Shown here piece by piece: positions 49,960 through 64,000 of a DNA stretch of 64,000 nucleotides. Origin of the DNA: Octopus sinensis. Taxonomy: Eukaryota. The notes under the pieces were generated by a model that was not told where the DNA came from, did no database searches, and saw only the letters and a list, made by a program, of their open reading frames with translations. Position 1 is the stretch's first letter. The number at the start of each line of letters is the position of its first letter. Both the position numbers and the translations under genes were made by a program. The DNA is taken from NCBI RefSeq assembly GCF_006345805.1, contig NC_043016.1:7316001-7380000 (forward strand). The letters run 5' to 3'.

Positions 49960-50430
49960 TGTATATATGTATATATATGTATATATATATATATAAATGT
50001 ATATATGTATATATAAATGTATATATGTATGTATATATATAAATGTATATATGTATGTATATATATAAATGTATATATGTATGGATATATATGTATGTAT
50101 ATATATATAAATGTATATATGTATGTATATATATATAAATGTATATATGTATGTATATATATATAAATGTATATATGTATGTATATATAAATGTATATAT
50201 GTATGTATATATAAATGTATATATGTATGTATATATAAATGTATATATGTATGTATGTATATATATAATGTATATATATATGTATGTATGTATATATATA
50301 TAAATGTATGTATGTATGTATATATATATATATATATAAATGTATGTATGTATGTATATATATATATATATATATAATGTATGTATGTATGTATGTATAT
50401 ATATATATATATATAATGTATGTATGTATG

Positions 50431-50463
<33 letters not shown>

Positions 50464-50769
50464 ATGTATATATATATATATATATATATAATGTATGTAT
50501 GTATGTATGTATATATATATGTATATATGTATGTATGTATGTATATATATAAATGTATATATGTATGTATGTATATATATATAAATGTATATATGTATGT
50601 ATGTATATATATATATATAAATGTATATATGTATGTATGTATATATATATATATAAATGTATATATTATGTATGTATAGTATATATATATATAAAATGTA
50701 TATATGTATGTATGATATATATATATATAAATGTATATATGTATGTATGTATATATATATATATAAATG

Positions 50770-50801
<32 letters not shown>

Positions 50802-51262
50802 ATGTATATATGTATGTATGTATATATATATATATATAAATGTATGTATGTATGTATATATATATAAATGTATATATGTAGGTATGTATATATATATAAT
50901 AAATGTATATATGTATGTATGTATATATAATATATAAATGTATATATGTATGTATGTATATATATATAATATAATGTATATTTATGTATGTATATATATA
51001 TATATAAATGTATATATGTATGTATGTATATATATATATATAAATGTATATATGTATGTATGTATATATATATATATAATGTATATATGTATGTATGTAT
51101 ATATATATATATAAATGTATATATGTATGTATTATATATATATATATAAATGTATATATGTATGTATGTATAATATATATATAAATGTATATGTATGTAT
51201 ATATATATAAATGTATATATGTATGTATATATTAAATGTATATATGTATGTATATATATATA
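49960..51262. repeat. About 1.3 kb (TA)n/(TATAAATG)/(TATG) compound microsatellite
   Basis: Seen directly. Confidence 0.95.
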
Positions 51263-54200
51263 TATTGTTATATTTTGGAATGGTCATATTGCCAGTTTAG
51301 CCAATAAAAACACACGCACTATATATTTGGTGTTATTTTGCTTCAGTGTTATTTATTTTTACATTAATCTTAATCTTATTTCGGCCAGAGTTCTTTCGTC
51401 ACACTCCTGTGACCGCATCAGTGGTCCTTTGTTTTCTTCTTTCTTATTTGTGTCTCTCCTTAGTAACCGTCAGCCATTTTGTATAGATACAAAAACATAA
51501 ACAGAGAGAAAAAAAATCGTATACAACAGCAACAACAACAACAATTATAGGGAGAACCAACACACAAACACACACACAGATAACCATAGTCACAAAGACA
51601 CAAATAAAAGTTGTGTCATGGGGGTCACAATAGAAAATAAAGTTGAATGCAACAGGATCCTTGGACAGGGAGTCAGTAGACTTGAAACAGATAATAATAA
51701 CAATACTCGTAGGAACAAAAATAACAACCACAACAGAGGGAATGACAGGGACCTACAAACAGACATAAAACCCAACACTAATATGAACAACACATACATC
51801 AGAAACAGGAACAATGAAAATATCACTAGCGATAATCAGAATGATAGTAATAATGGCAATGGTAGGAATAACGGTAATAACAATAATAGTGGTAGTAGTA
51901 GGTGTGGTGGTGGTGGTGTACAGTAGAAGTAGTAATGATGGTAGTTGTGGTGGTATAAGTAATAATAGTAGTAGGTTAATGGTGGTAATAATAATAGGGA
52001 GGCTGATGATGAAAACAGTAACGATATGAAGATAACCCTAGAATGACCATTGACATGTATACCCACCCCTTTGACACTCAATTCTTCAACGTATGTGACA
52101 AAACTTACTGCATGAGCCGGATTTATCCAACAACACATTACCCTTCAACAAAAGAGTCTACATCCCAAGACATACTAATGACCATATGGAAGCACAGTTC
52201 ACTATAGCTAGGAGGACCAACTTAGACAGATTTTAGGATATACACTAAGAGACAGAGACAGAATAAGACAGAGGCCCAACAACTCGTGATTAAAACTGCA
52301 TGTGGCCTACATAAGCTCATTCAGCGCACGAGGAATGGAGAGGTGGTATGCCTTCCCACAGATAAGTCCGACAGGATGTCAATAGACAGCTTACCGAACT
52401 ACATCCAGGCAATGCAACCTCATATCGCCAAGACAAATATACAACTGTACAGGCACATGAGGAGAGAGAAAAGGTCCTCAACACCCACATGATGATGTGG
52501 ACAATTGTTCTGGGACCCCAGAAACGTACAGCAAATAATTCCAAGCCTGGAACAATGATATCCCAGCACTGTAGGACTTTGCAAGGACCATAAAGGTTTT
52601 TACTGACCCTATAGCAGGACCACCAACAAGACCAGTCTGTGGAGCGAATATCGCTAGCAATTACAGAATCTCCTACTTCCTCTCAATGATCATACGCCCT
52701 ATAATCTGGATGTCACCTGATGTTTGTGACAGCACAGAAGATCTCCTCAGCAGATCGATGACTGTAACAACACTTGTGACCTGACAGGATGTATGGTTGG
52801 GTGTATCATGGATGTGGTATCCCTATACCCATCGATCGACGTAGATTTTGCAGTGGAGAAGTGCATGGAGATGATCAATGAGAGCCAGGGGTGGAGTTCC
52901 GTAATGTCAACACAGAAGAACTGGGCCTCCTACTTAGACTGACATGTAATAATGAATACTTAGATAAACATAATCTTAGTAGTTTCTGCCCCAGTAGATG
53001 TTTAAGAGGTAGACCGCCCACAATTACTTCTATGGCTAGGAAGACACATATAGAAGATGGCGCGGATGGACCAGAGCCATACGGAGCCCCGCAAATGTCC
53101 ATCAGATAAAGAAAATGATCACACATGCACTAGGAGTTAGTATAGAGTTACCCTAAAAGGCCACACGTTTAAGTTTAATAATAGAATATATGCCAGGACG
53201 AGGGGGCAGCCATCGGCGTTAGTATCGCTGTGTGATGTGGCCAACTGTTTCATGGTATGGTGGGACAGAAGGCTTAAAGAACGCCTAACACAGAACTCCA
53301 TACTCGTAAACATGTACTCTCGCTATGTTGATATCAACATAGTGGTAAAGGCACCCCCACAAGAGAGTAATGTTGATATAGTGATAGAAACTAATACTAT
53401 GGAGAGCATCCAGCAAATAGCTAACTCCATCTACCAGAGTATTAAGGTCACAATAGACTACCCCACTAAACACCCCAACCATAGACTACCAGTACTAGAC
53501 ACTGAACTCTGGCTAGAAATTGTGAATAATAAAACCCAAATCCTTCATTCATACTATGCCAAACCTATGGCCTCAAAATACTTGATCCACCGGAACTCAG
53601 CCATTGCGGACAATGCCAAATTCAATATTTTGATGGCAGACCTCGTCAGAATAATGAGAAATGTGTCATGCATGTGCGAGCCCACAGAGTTAAAGAGACA
53701 CATACAATATTTCATTCACTGCTTGCAGTTCTCAGGTTACAGCCATAAAGAAAGGATCAGAGTATACAAAGGAGCCATGAAGAAATTTGATAATATATTA
53801 TGTAATGATAGGAATGGGATTTGCCCACTCTATAGGAACAAGTCATGGAACACTATAGAAAGGACAAAAAAGAAAATAGGGAAGGCCAACTCTTGGTATG
53901 ATAGCCATAAATACCAGAGTGTCATGTTCGTTGACACCACCCCTGGAGGTGAACTGGCATACCGCTTTAGAAGGACCCTAGACAAACTTAAGCTAAGAAT
54001 TAAGGTTGTTGAAAAGCCAGGCAACCCTATCAAATCTATAATTGGTAGAACCTATCCTTTTAGTAGAACCCCCTGTATGGATAAGTACTGTACTGTATGT
54101 AGATTTAGCCCACAAACAAACTGTAAAGCCAGAAATGTAGTCTATAGTATAAGATGTATAGAGGGACGATGCAGTAACAAGACAACAACATACGTAGGGG

Positions 54201-55076
54201 AAATGGCAAGAAGCATAGGAGAGTGGGTAAATGAACATTGGAGACAACTCAAGGAAGGTAAAAGCTCATAGATTCTGTACCAACACACCAAACAGGAACA
54301 CGGGGGATCAATCAATAACATAGAAATTAAAATATTGTCCACACATAGAACAGATGCAACAATTAGACAAATTACAGAAGCTACACACATAATATAAAAT
54401 AAACCTAGCCTGAATAGAAAATTAGAATGGAGCACTAACACACACCACAACATATGACGATAGAGGATCCCGAAAACATAATAAATACACAGATAAATAA
54501 ACTAATAGAAATAAATAACTATATATATATATATATTTTTTTTTTTCGATTCGATTTATTATTATTACTAGTATTGTTGTTATACATACATACAAGCATA
54601 TGTAATGATAATAATAAGTGGATGTAAACACATGAGCAAAATAGGAATAAACAAAAACAACAAAAACAAAATACACATTACATGAACATATATAAACAGA
54701 AGATACAAATATTACAGGCATCCCCCCACAAACACACACTAAATAAACATAGACGCACATAGAGATATAAGCATGCGCAAATGAAGACATACAATAGAAA
54801 TACAAAATGGCTGACGGTTGGTAAGGAGAGACACAGATAAGAAAGAAGGGGTCAAAGGACCACTGATGCGGTCACAGGAGTGTGACGAAAGAACTCTGGC
54901 CGAAATAAGATTAAGATTAATGTAAAAAATAAATAACACTGAAGCAAAATAACACCAAATATATAGTGCGTGTGTTTTTATTGGCTAAACTGGCAATATG
55001 ACCATTCCGAAATATAACAATAACTGTTTCAACACACGACTTCACATAAAAAATCTTGCACAACAAATATTTAAAC
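51263..55076 (+). mobile_element. Penelope-like retroelement (RT plus C-terminal GIY-YIG, Neptune-like Cys linker), frameshifted, with inverted pseudo-LTRs
   Basis: PTDKS.R, TRPVCG, MDVVSLYPSID, SRYVD, LPVLD, C..C..C linker, NVVYSIRC..YVGE..R..EH, RQITEA..PSLN; 51263-51484 is the reverse complement of 54800-55022. Confidence 0.9.
54857..54901 (+). ncRNA. Hammerhead-like motif with variant core in the PLE pseudo-LTR (antisense twin at 51383-51427)
   Basis: GGACCA-CTGATGCG-GTCACA(GGAG)TGTGAC-GAAA-GAAC-TC-TGGCC: stems I and II intact, A9 replaced by C. Confidence 0.5.
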
Positions 55077-55113
55077 ACATATATATATATATATGTGTGT
55101 GTATATATATGTG

Positions 55114-55144
<31 letters not shown>

Positions 55145-55366
55145 ATATATATGTATATATATATATGTGTGTGTGTATATATATGTATATATATATATAT
55201 GTGTGTGTGTATATATATGTATATATATATGTGTGTGTGTATATATATGTATATATATATATGTGTGTGTGTATATATATGTATATATATATATGTGTGT
55301 GTGTATATATATGTATATATATATATGTGTGTGTGTGTATATATATGTGTATATATATATGGTGTG

Positions 55367-55397
<31 letters not shown>

Positions 55398-55450
55398 ATT
55401 ATATATATATATACATAAATCCTCATATATATAGATATGCATATATTTAT
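55077..55450. repeat. (TA)/(TG) compound microsatellite
   Basis: Seen directly. Confidence 0.95.
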
Positions 55451-57549
55451 ATAAATATTTGTATTGATAGGTATGTAGTTATGTGTAGAAATATATCAAT
55501 ATATGGAATGCGTGTGTGTGTGTGTGTATGTGTATATGTTATATATATATATATATTATATATATATATAAATAAATGTATATATAAATATGTAATGTAT
55601 TGTATATATATTTCAAATGATGGAAAAGCATGACTTGGATAATTTCGTTCCATTTTAATGCTTAGATGCTTACAAATCGTATCATGACTCTCTTTTTCTT
55701 TCAGTAATCAGGTTTTTTTTTTTTCTTTTTTAATATGAACAAGAAAATCACAGCAAATCTGTGATAGTGGTGTCAGACGGCATGCAGACCTCATATAACT
55801 TGTTTGACATTCACATTGCATTTTTATTTTTATTCTTTTCCATTTTACAAATTCAATGTGCACATGTTCATCGGATGTTCATACTTCTTTTTCGGTTCCT
55901 ACTCAAAATGGTTTACAAATCACAACCATATCATGAACTTGCAGTCATGAGGAATGCTTCGTGCTCTGATGGTTGTGAAAATAAGCAGATCTCTCATTTG
56001 GGACTGAGTTTCTTGGTTAAGAATAATTTTCAAATTGTTCTTTTATTGGTATCAGTTCTTTTTAATAACATTTTAGTTTATGTCCAGATATTGAGGTGTT
56101 AGAAACCTATATATACATACATACATTCATTCACACACACATAGTAACCTGATGGGTTACTACTCAGAAACCCGGGTCTGTGTGTATTACGTAAGGCTAG
56201 AAATGTGAACGATGATTTCCCTTTGCAAATACTGATCAGACACCACAGTTTGTTGCTAGCCAGTTGGAGGGATGTCTTCCTGGGGGATAAATAACAGTAA
56301 GCATCATCCCCTATGGACAGCCACATATAGGTGGCAGATATATTTCATGATATAGATATATATAGATATATACATAATATATAATATTATATATATATAT
56401 ATATATAATATATATATATATATAAAAATAAAAATATACTTACAAAAGTATCAACAATGAATGGAAACTTAAACATGACATAAAAACAAAGCAGATGAAT
56501 GGTTTATGTGGTATTGCTACAATTGTTTCATTAGAAGTCATTATTGTGACATAAATATAATACAATTAGATTGCATAATGTTACATAACTCCCAACTCAT
56601 CAGGCTACCAAATATACAAGTAAGCATTGACTTCTCGATTAATCAACAGATTATCAGCAATTGAAATTTCTAATCAGATAACCAACATTTAAGAAATTTA
56701 AAGTAGATGTGTCTCCAACTAGCCAATTTTGAGAGGTGGATAGTGGAATAAGGTCATAAATATAGGGTTAGTTAAAAGCATTGATATCCTTACAAAGTCA
56801 TTAAGCCAAGTGACCTTGACTACAAAGACCAGTAGCAGCAGAATTTACTTGAATAGAGCAGATAATCGGTGCCAAGCATGATATCTGATCCTATCAAAGC
56901 ATAAAGGCAGCTTCAAGTGCTGCTCCAAAAACCATTTACTAACCTGTATTCAAATTCAGCATTAGTTTTTCATTTGATTAATTAATCTTGATAAAATGTT
57001 CTGAAAGAAAACTGCCAAATTAATAGAATTTTAGTATAATTTAATGGAGATCCTGTTAATTATAATACAGGGAGAAAATTTTGACAAAAATCACTAGTTA
57101 GCTATAGTTTCTACAAATCCTCCAAGAAGGAGATTCCATTGTGATTGGTCTGTATTTTTATCTATTTTGCAATCCTAATGGGCTGATGATCTGTTTTATC
57201 TAACCATGTCTTAGTTTCATTGATCCTCAGTACCTATATATATGCTTCTTTGCTTCTTCTGATACTGAGTACATTGTTTTGGTACCTTCATACTTGCAGA
57301 GGGGCCATACTCATATCTACTGGCTCTTGGAGAATACTTGTCATACACTGTCCATATACTTTCCATGTATTTTGCAGCTGTAAGATTCCATTTGATTTTG
57401 TTTGTACTGAGTACATTTTGGTGGTGGTGGTGGGGGGGGGGGCTTCATACTTCAAGCATCTAGTCACGGGTGTTCTTTAGGTAGGCATCTACACTTATGG
57501 TTACTGTCTTTAGAGACAGTTGCACCTGCAATCAGTCGACATCCTTCAT

Positions 57550-58160
57550 CCTTTCATGAGATGTATAATCCATCTACACTTGCCTTTGTGTGATGCATGC
57601 AATGCCTTGTGAGGAACTTGTGTATTGTATTTTTCAATCTTACGGATCTCACTGAGCGACCATTTTATAATATTAAGTTACAACAATTATAGCTAAGGTA
57701 TTGATTGCATCAATCTTGATCCTTGCATACTTATGAGATTGACATATCCACGGGTAGACATCTTTTGTCACCATGATTTTTTACCACAATGACTTTTTTA
57801 TTAGTCTGTATAGCACAATCAGTTTGGATGCCGAAGTCTCAAAGAATGGTGGTATTTTTATTTTCTACTATTTTGGTAGGGTTATATTCCCATCAATTCA
57901 TCTCATATGGGAGTCCAGATTTATGAGTCAATGTATATACTGGCTAAATTTATCCTAGTAATTAATTTGTTCATGTGTGGCTAGCATAGATTGGATTGGC
58001 TGTGTGGTAAGTAGCTTGCTAACCAACCACATGTTTCCGGGTTCAGTCCCACTGCGTGCACCTTGGGCAAGTGTCTTCTGCTATAGCCCCGGGCCGACCA
58101 ATGCCTGGTGAGTGGATTTGGTAGACGGAAACTGAAAGAAGCCCGTCGTATATATGTATG

Positions 58161-58191
<31 letters not shown>

Positions 58192-58910
58192 TTGTGTGTC
58201 TGTGTTTGTCCCCTTAGCATTGCTTGACAACCAATGCTGGTGTGTTTATGTCCCCGTTACTTAGCGGTTCGGCAAAAGAGACCGATAGAATAAGTACTGG
58301 GCTTACAAAAGAATAAGTCCCGGGGTCGAGTTGCTCGATTAAAGGCGGTGTTCCAGCATAGCTGCAGTCAAATGACTGAAACAAATAAGAGTATAGATTA
58401 TCCAGAGATGTGGTGGTCAATTGTTTCCCTAGCTGCACTACAAGAACAGCAGACAGGATCAGCACCCAAGCTATTAAAACAAAGTACTCTATTTCTGATC
58501 TAAGTCCAGATGCAGCCAACCATTGATGGGTCATATTTTTATCTATTTGTTCTTGAAGTGTATTTGCCAAGTGACGCTTAACTTTTCTAGGTATTTTACA
58601 GCACTGACATTCCATTGGGATTAGCTTATATTTTTCTATCTGTTTTGCAGTCATCTGTTTCATCAAGTTGTGACTCAGTTCCACTGATCCTCAATTCTTG
58701 TATTTACTTCTCCACCTTTTCTGTTTTTGAGTACATGTTTTGGAATCTTGCATTACTTGCAGCATGTAGCTATTTAGAAGAAAATAGAAGTTTCTTAGTC
58801 TTTGGGATTTTTGTTCTGAAAGATAGAATAGTCATCTTGATACCACCTTTATTGGGTTTTTTAAAAAATCTATATGGAGGATTGTTGATTGACTGTTTCT
58901 GTTAGTTGGG
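57550..58910 (-). mobile_element. Second R4/Dong-like LINE fragment, interrupted by a SINE
   Basis: IDKNMTHQWLAASGLRSEIE and ENKNTTIL.DFGIQTD..VIVVK..KRCLPVDMSI (REL region). Confidence 0.7.
57993..58392 (+). mobile_element. SINE family A, full length
   Basis: Matches 17505-17897. Confidence 0.9.
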
Positions 58911-58919
58911 AAGTAAAAT

Positions 58920-60846
58920 TTATCCTCTAAAAATCACTTAAGTGCTGCACACGTAGAGGCTACTTTTGTACTCAATGCCATTTTTTTTATTTGTAAATAC
59001 AAATTATCATCAAAGAAGAAATGGTTATTTTCAAGTATTAAGTTCATTATTTCTAAAATTAAGTACTTTGAGAATCTTTCTTGAATATGATTTGGGGGTT
59101 TTGTCAACCAGAAGTTCATGGCTTCACTTTCTAAGTCATGTGGGATGTTGATGTATGTATCAGGTCATTAAAAATGAAATATCTGATTTTGAACTGAAAG
59201 TTTATTTTACTTTATCTCAAAAAAAAAGCAATGAAGTTAATCAAAGAATGCACCTAAATTATCAACACAATTTTGCCATTTTATCAGAAGCTTATTTATG
59301 CCAACAGTGAAGAATTCTGGAGAGCAAGAGGTGATGAAATCACAAAAGGCTGTTTTTGCATCTTCTTCAGAATCAAAGTTTTTTCCTTGTAAAAAGTTGT
59401 TTAATGCCTGGAAAATGTGATAATCAGTTGGTGCAAGGTCTGGTGAATATGGTAGATGACAGAGTACTTCCAAGTTCAGTTCCTGTAACTTGAGTAGCAT
59501 TCTGTGTGCAACATGTGTTCGAGCATTGTCTTGCAAGAGAATTGGCCTGTCTCTATTGACCAATCTCAGTTGTTTAATTGCAAGTTCACTCACCATTTCA
59601 TCCAATTGGTTGATGTATACATCTGCTGTAATTGACTTAAAAGGTCTCATGAAGCTGCAGTGGATGACACCAGCACTGGACCACCAAACCGGCACCATTA
59701 GCTTCTGGTGAATATTCTTTTTTGGATTGGGTTTTGGCACTTTGTTGCTATCCAACCACCATTCAGAATGCTTGCCATTGTGGAAAAGAATCCATTTTTC
59801 ATCACATGTAACATGATGCAAAAATGGTTTGCTTTTATGCCATGACAGCAAAGAACAGCAAGTTTCAAGATAACATGTCATTTAATGCTCATTAAGTTCA
59901 TGTGGTACTCACTTGTCCAGTTTCTTTACCTTGCTGATTTGTTTCAAATGGTCCAATACAGTTGGAATCGAGACATCAAACCTTGCTGCTTTCCAGTTCG
60001 TCATTATCCACCTTGGTCTCAGCTCTACCACAGAGCTAATTTCTAAGAGTAAAGTCACTAGACCAGAACTTCTCAAACCATCGACATACAGTGTGCTCAT
60101 TCACCACATCTTCACCAAACACTTCATAGATATTTCGAGCTGTCTGGGATGCATTAGTTCCACGACAGAACTCATACTTATTAACAACGCAAATCTTTGA
60201 TCTGTCCCTGGGTTCACAGAAATTGATTTACAAAAGAAAACTCACAATATAATCAGACACCATGAATTGCATTTCGGAAAGTGATGATGTAATTCTTCTA
60301 TGTTGTAAAACAAAGAATTGTCAGGATAAAACATTAGAGTTAATGACTATCAAATTTGGTACATAAAAAAATTCAGCCATTTCATTCTCAATGGCCTGAT
60401 ACTTGTTATATCAAAGCTGAATATTGTTTCCCGGTGTATTCTTTCTGATATGTAACTTAGAAAGTCCATATCATTTCAGATGAAGCTCGGCACCATTTTT
60501 CATAATGGTTTAAGTATTATATTTAATAGGTGTTGTGTATTTGATGTAGGCTTGGAAATGATTGGAATTTCAAGTCTTGGTTTTGGAATTTCAACGTATG
60601 TTCTATATTTACCTTGAATTTGTTTTTGATTTATGAACTTTAGGTAATCCATAAAAATTATTGGTCTTTGAAGTTGGTTAAATAATTGATTTTATTCGGT
60701 CAGGCTCTTTGATTTTATCATCAAGTTGTTATAAAACCATGCCTCTATAATGGTTTTATTCCTAATTATAATTGCCCCAATCTTGTCAGCTTTTAGATAA
60801 TTATTGATGAGTCTTTTTATAAAATACTGAATACCTGTAATTAGTT

Positions 60847-60902
<56 letters not shown>

Positions 60903-61560
60903 CATACATACATACATAAGATTCACATTTCCTCTCTGTACTATTGGATTGTACTGATCACCATAGATAGGTTATGTATTGTTTCAATATTTATCTGTTT
61001 GAATCCTATTTTTGCTTTTGACTAGTGATTCATCAATATATTCAGCATCTAGGAAGAATTCACGTAATCATAATTTTTGGCAAAATTCTTTTGTCTTTTA
61101 CAAGCTTGGTTTTGTTAGACTCAGTGGATGTAAGTGTTAGACCATTCCCTGAGATTTTAATTTCTTGTTGAGATAATATTTTTTTGGATGAAGTTATTAT
61201 TTTGTGTTTTCTAATATTCCTTCAGTGATGGTGTCATTTCCCCCCCACCTTTTTTTTTATGAAAGATCTCTTGATTCTTATTTGTGTTAGGGGTGTTTTG
61301 TGTTGGAATTTTGTATTCTGTATGTCAATACTTCAGGCTGGTTATCTCTGAGCAAGTAAACTCTTGTTTGTTGGTTTAAAGGTTGTTCTGCTGGGTCTTT
61401 TATTTGGCCTCTGGTGATTTCTGTTACCTTTGTGTCTTATCCTACTTCTTTTTACACCTGTACATAGTTGAACTTTTGAGTTTCTTTGAGGACTGATGGA
61501 CTTTTTTGTTTGTTGTGTGAAAATCCTCCATTTCTTAATACCAATAAAAACAAAAGAACA
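58920..61560 (-). mobile_element. Second Penelope-like RT fragment, split by a mariner insertion
   Basis: KADK.GAIII.NK, NFYGLPKVHK, SFDITS|TYINIPHD and ILENNHFFFDDNLYLQI motifs. Confidence 0.8.
59158..60401 (-). mobile_element. Full-length-sized mariner (DD34D) transposon with TIRs and TA TSD, frameshifted
   Basis: TA|TCAGGTCATTAAAAATGAAAT ... ATTTCATTCTCAATGGCCTGA|TA; VTCDEKW, LLQDNARTH, HLPYSPDLAPTDYHIF. Confidence 0.92.
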
Positions 61561-61889
61561 GTTCAAAAATTGACTTTAAGAAAGAATTGAATCTCAAATC
61601 TCAAATCTCAAATCACTCTTCCTTTAAAAAAAAAAAATTTTTTTTTTGAAACACACCTGAATACTGAAAGTTAAACTATCATGATATCATTTGTTAACCT
61701 CCAATCATTAAACTGGGGAAAATGATCAGGAACATCATGCTTCTTTGTTTTTCAAATATATACTATTTACTAAGGATTCTGTATTTCTACCATATATATA
61801 TATTTATGTAGGATAAAATTTTTTCAAAACAAAAATTTTATCAATGGCCAGCATATTAAAAAATACCTTTAAAGGTTAAATTTATAAAC

Positions 61890-62066
61890 AACTTATAAAT
61901 AAGGGCAAATGAAAAAATTTCTAATGCCAAATATGCCGAAATTAGACACTCTGTCCATAACCATATAATTTTTCAAAATTGTGAAAATTATATGGTTATG
62001 GACAGGGTGTCTAATTTCAGCATATTTGGCATTAGAAATTTTTTCGTTTGCCCTTATTTATAAGTT
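61890..62066. repeat. Fold-back inverted repeat, about 83-bp arms
   Basis: aacttataaataagggcaaa..ccatataatttt / aaaattatatgg..tttgcccttatttataagtt. Confidence 0.9.
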
Positions 62067-62314
62067 ATAATATATGTATGTATGTATGTATATATGTATA
62101 TAGGTATGTATATATGTATATATAGATGTATATATGTATATATAGGTATGTATATATGTATATATATGTATGTATATATGTATATATATGTATGTATATA
62201 TGTATATATATGTATGTATATATGTATATATATGTATGTATATATGTATGTATATATGTATATATATGTATGTATATATGTATATATATGTATATATATG
62301 TATGTATATATATG

Positions 62315-62391
<77 letters not shown>

Positions 62392-62488
62392 GTATATGTA
62401 TGTATGTATGTATGTATGTGTATATATATATATATGTATGTATGTATATATGTATATGTATGTATGTATATATGTATATGTATGTATG

Positions 62489-62527
<39 letters not shown>

Positions 62528-63075
62528 ATATGTATGTATGTGTATATATATGTATATGTATGTATACATATATATATGTATGTGTATATATATGTATATG
62601 TATGTGTATATATATGTATGTATGTGTATATATATGTATGTATGTGTATATATATGTATGTATGTGTATATATATGTATATGTATGTATGTATACATATA
62701 TATATATATGTATGTGTATATATATGTATATGTATGTGTATATATATGTGTATGTATATATGTATATGTATGTGTATATATATGTGTATGTATGTATGTG
62801 TATATATATGTGTATGTATGTATATATATATATGTATATGTATGTGTATATATATGTGTATGTATGTATATATATATATATATATGTATGTATGTGTATA
62901 TATGTATGTATGTGTATATATGTATGTATGTGTATATATGTATGTATGTGTATGTATGTATGTATGTGTATATATGTATATATATATATGTATGTATATA
63001 TATATGTATGTATGTATGTGTATATATATATATATATGTATGTATATATGTATATATATGTATGTGTGTGTGTAC
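62067..63075. repeat. About 1 kb (TA)/(TATG) compound microsatellite
   Basis: Seen directly. Confidence 0.95.
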
Positions 63076-63664
63076 ATTTATATATCTATATTACATCATA
63101 TGTAAACAAACATAACTTTGTTTTTGAAATGTTGAAATGTATTGTAGAACAAGTAGAAAGATTATTTTTTTAACACATAAATACTGAACAGTATATATAA
63201 AGGATAATATCTGTTTTAAGAGCAGAAAAGTTTGCTGGCAAATTTTTCTGCTCTTAAAAAAAGGATTTCATCCTTTATACATACTATTCAGTATTTATGT
63301 GTTAAAAAAAAATTATCTTTTCACTTTATATATATGTATATATATATATATACATACACTTTTATCTTTTTCCTTTGTTTTTATGTCTGTTTATTTATGC
63401 TTCTTTGCTAGCATTGGTTGGAGGTATATGTTATTGAGAAATTGTTTTGCTGCTAGATGCTCATTCTATACCAAACCCTACCTTCATTATTTCACATAAA
63501 AAGCAGCTATCTTATTCCACAATGTCCTCAAAATGCAAAACCAGCAGATAGGAGAAATGACAGGGATATCGCTGTCTATAGTTGAGCAATTTGGGGGGGG
63601 GGGGAAATATAAATGTAAACAAACAGACAGGCATGCACATGCTCATACATACACACAAACCAAA

Positions 63665-63790
63665 CCCCACTCACAAGATTTTGGTCATCCATGGCTATAG
63701 TTGAAGACTCATAACCATGCTTCTGTGTTGTGGCATTGAACCAGATGCCACATCATTGAGAAATGAATTTTTTTAGCCGTACAGCCCACA
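63665..63790 (-). mobile_element. Old SINE family A fragment
   Basis: cactcacaagattttggtc..ggctatagttgaagac..tgaacc. Confidence 0.55.
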
Positions 63791-64000
63791 TCAGCATCTA
63801 TTTACACAATCCTGTCTGTGCCTGATCACAATATCATGCCCCCCCCCCACACACACACACACACAATTCATATTTTATTGTCTCCAAGAATACAGTCATC
63901 GAGGTAAACAAAAATCACATTGAGCTGTGATTTCTTTGCTGAGACAAGACTTTTGTGAGTTTGTGGCAATGTACAGGAATTTTCAGGGGGATATCACTAT

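Noticed and set aside
51618-51926. Asn-rich 102-aa ORF as a separate gene
   Set aside because: It is low-complexity (AAT/AAC) sequence inside the PLE boundaries.
53237-54460. Selenocysteine read-through (Naiad-type) PLE
   Set aside because: The endonuclease is C-terminal and the interrupting stop at about 54269 is TAG, with frameshifts elsewhere; this is ordinary decay.

Overview
Eukaryotic, very AT-rich, microsatellite-saturated window. The repeat complement points to a coleoid cephalopod, most likely Octopus (inferred from its tRNA-SINE and RTE-tail families; no database check was possible). It looks like mostly intronic DNA of one + strand host gene. The only convincing host coding segment is a large terminal exon at 48292-49446 (coiled-coil start, low-complexity tail; gene not recognised). 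A textbook GT-box/CCAAT/CCAAT/TATA/Inr core promoter lies near 1650-1785. The rest is transposon debris: several tRNA-derived SINE families, RTE and R4/Dong LINE fragments, two Penelope-like elements (PLEs), Tc1, maT and mariner DNA transposons, piggyBac-type MITEs, Helitron/HINE elements and fold-back hairpins. Almost all ORFs in the supplied track are microsatellite artefacts. The most notable signal is a set of hammerhead ribozyme (HHR) motifs. (1) A complete canonical type I HHR with a GUC cleavage site sits in apparently non-repetitive sequence at 10148-10201. (2) A tRNA-headed SINE carries a minimal PLE-type HHR and occurs twice in inverted or head-to-head arrangement (11755-12193, 33488-34047). 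(3) A variant-core HHR-like motif lies in both inverted pseudo-LTRs of a Penelope element (51263-55076). The terminal exon also begins at an AG|GTAAG recursive-splice-site-like junction.
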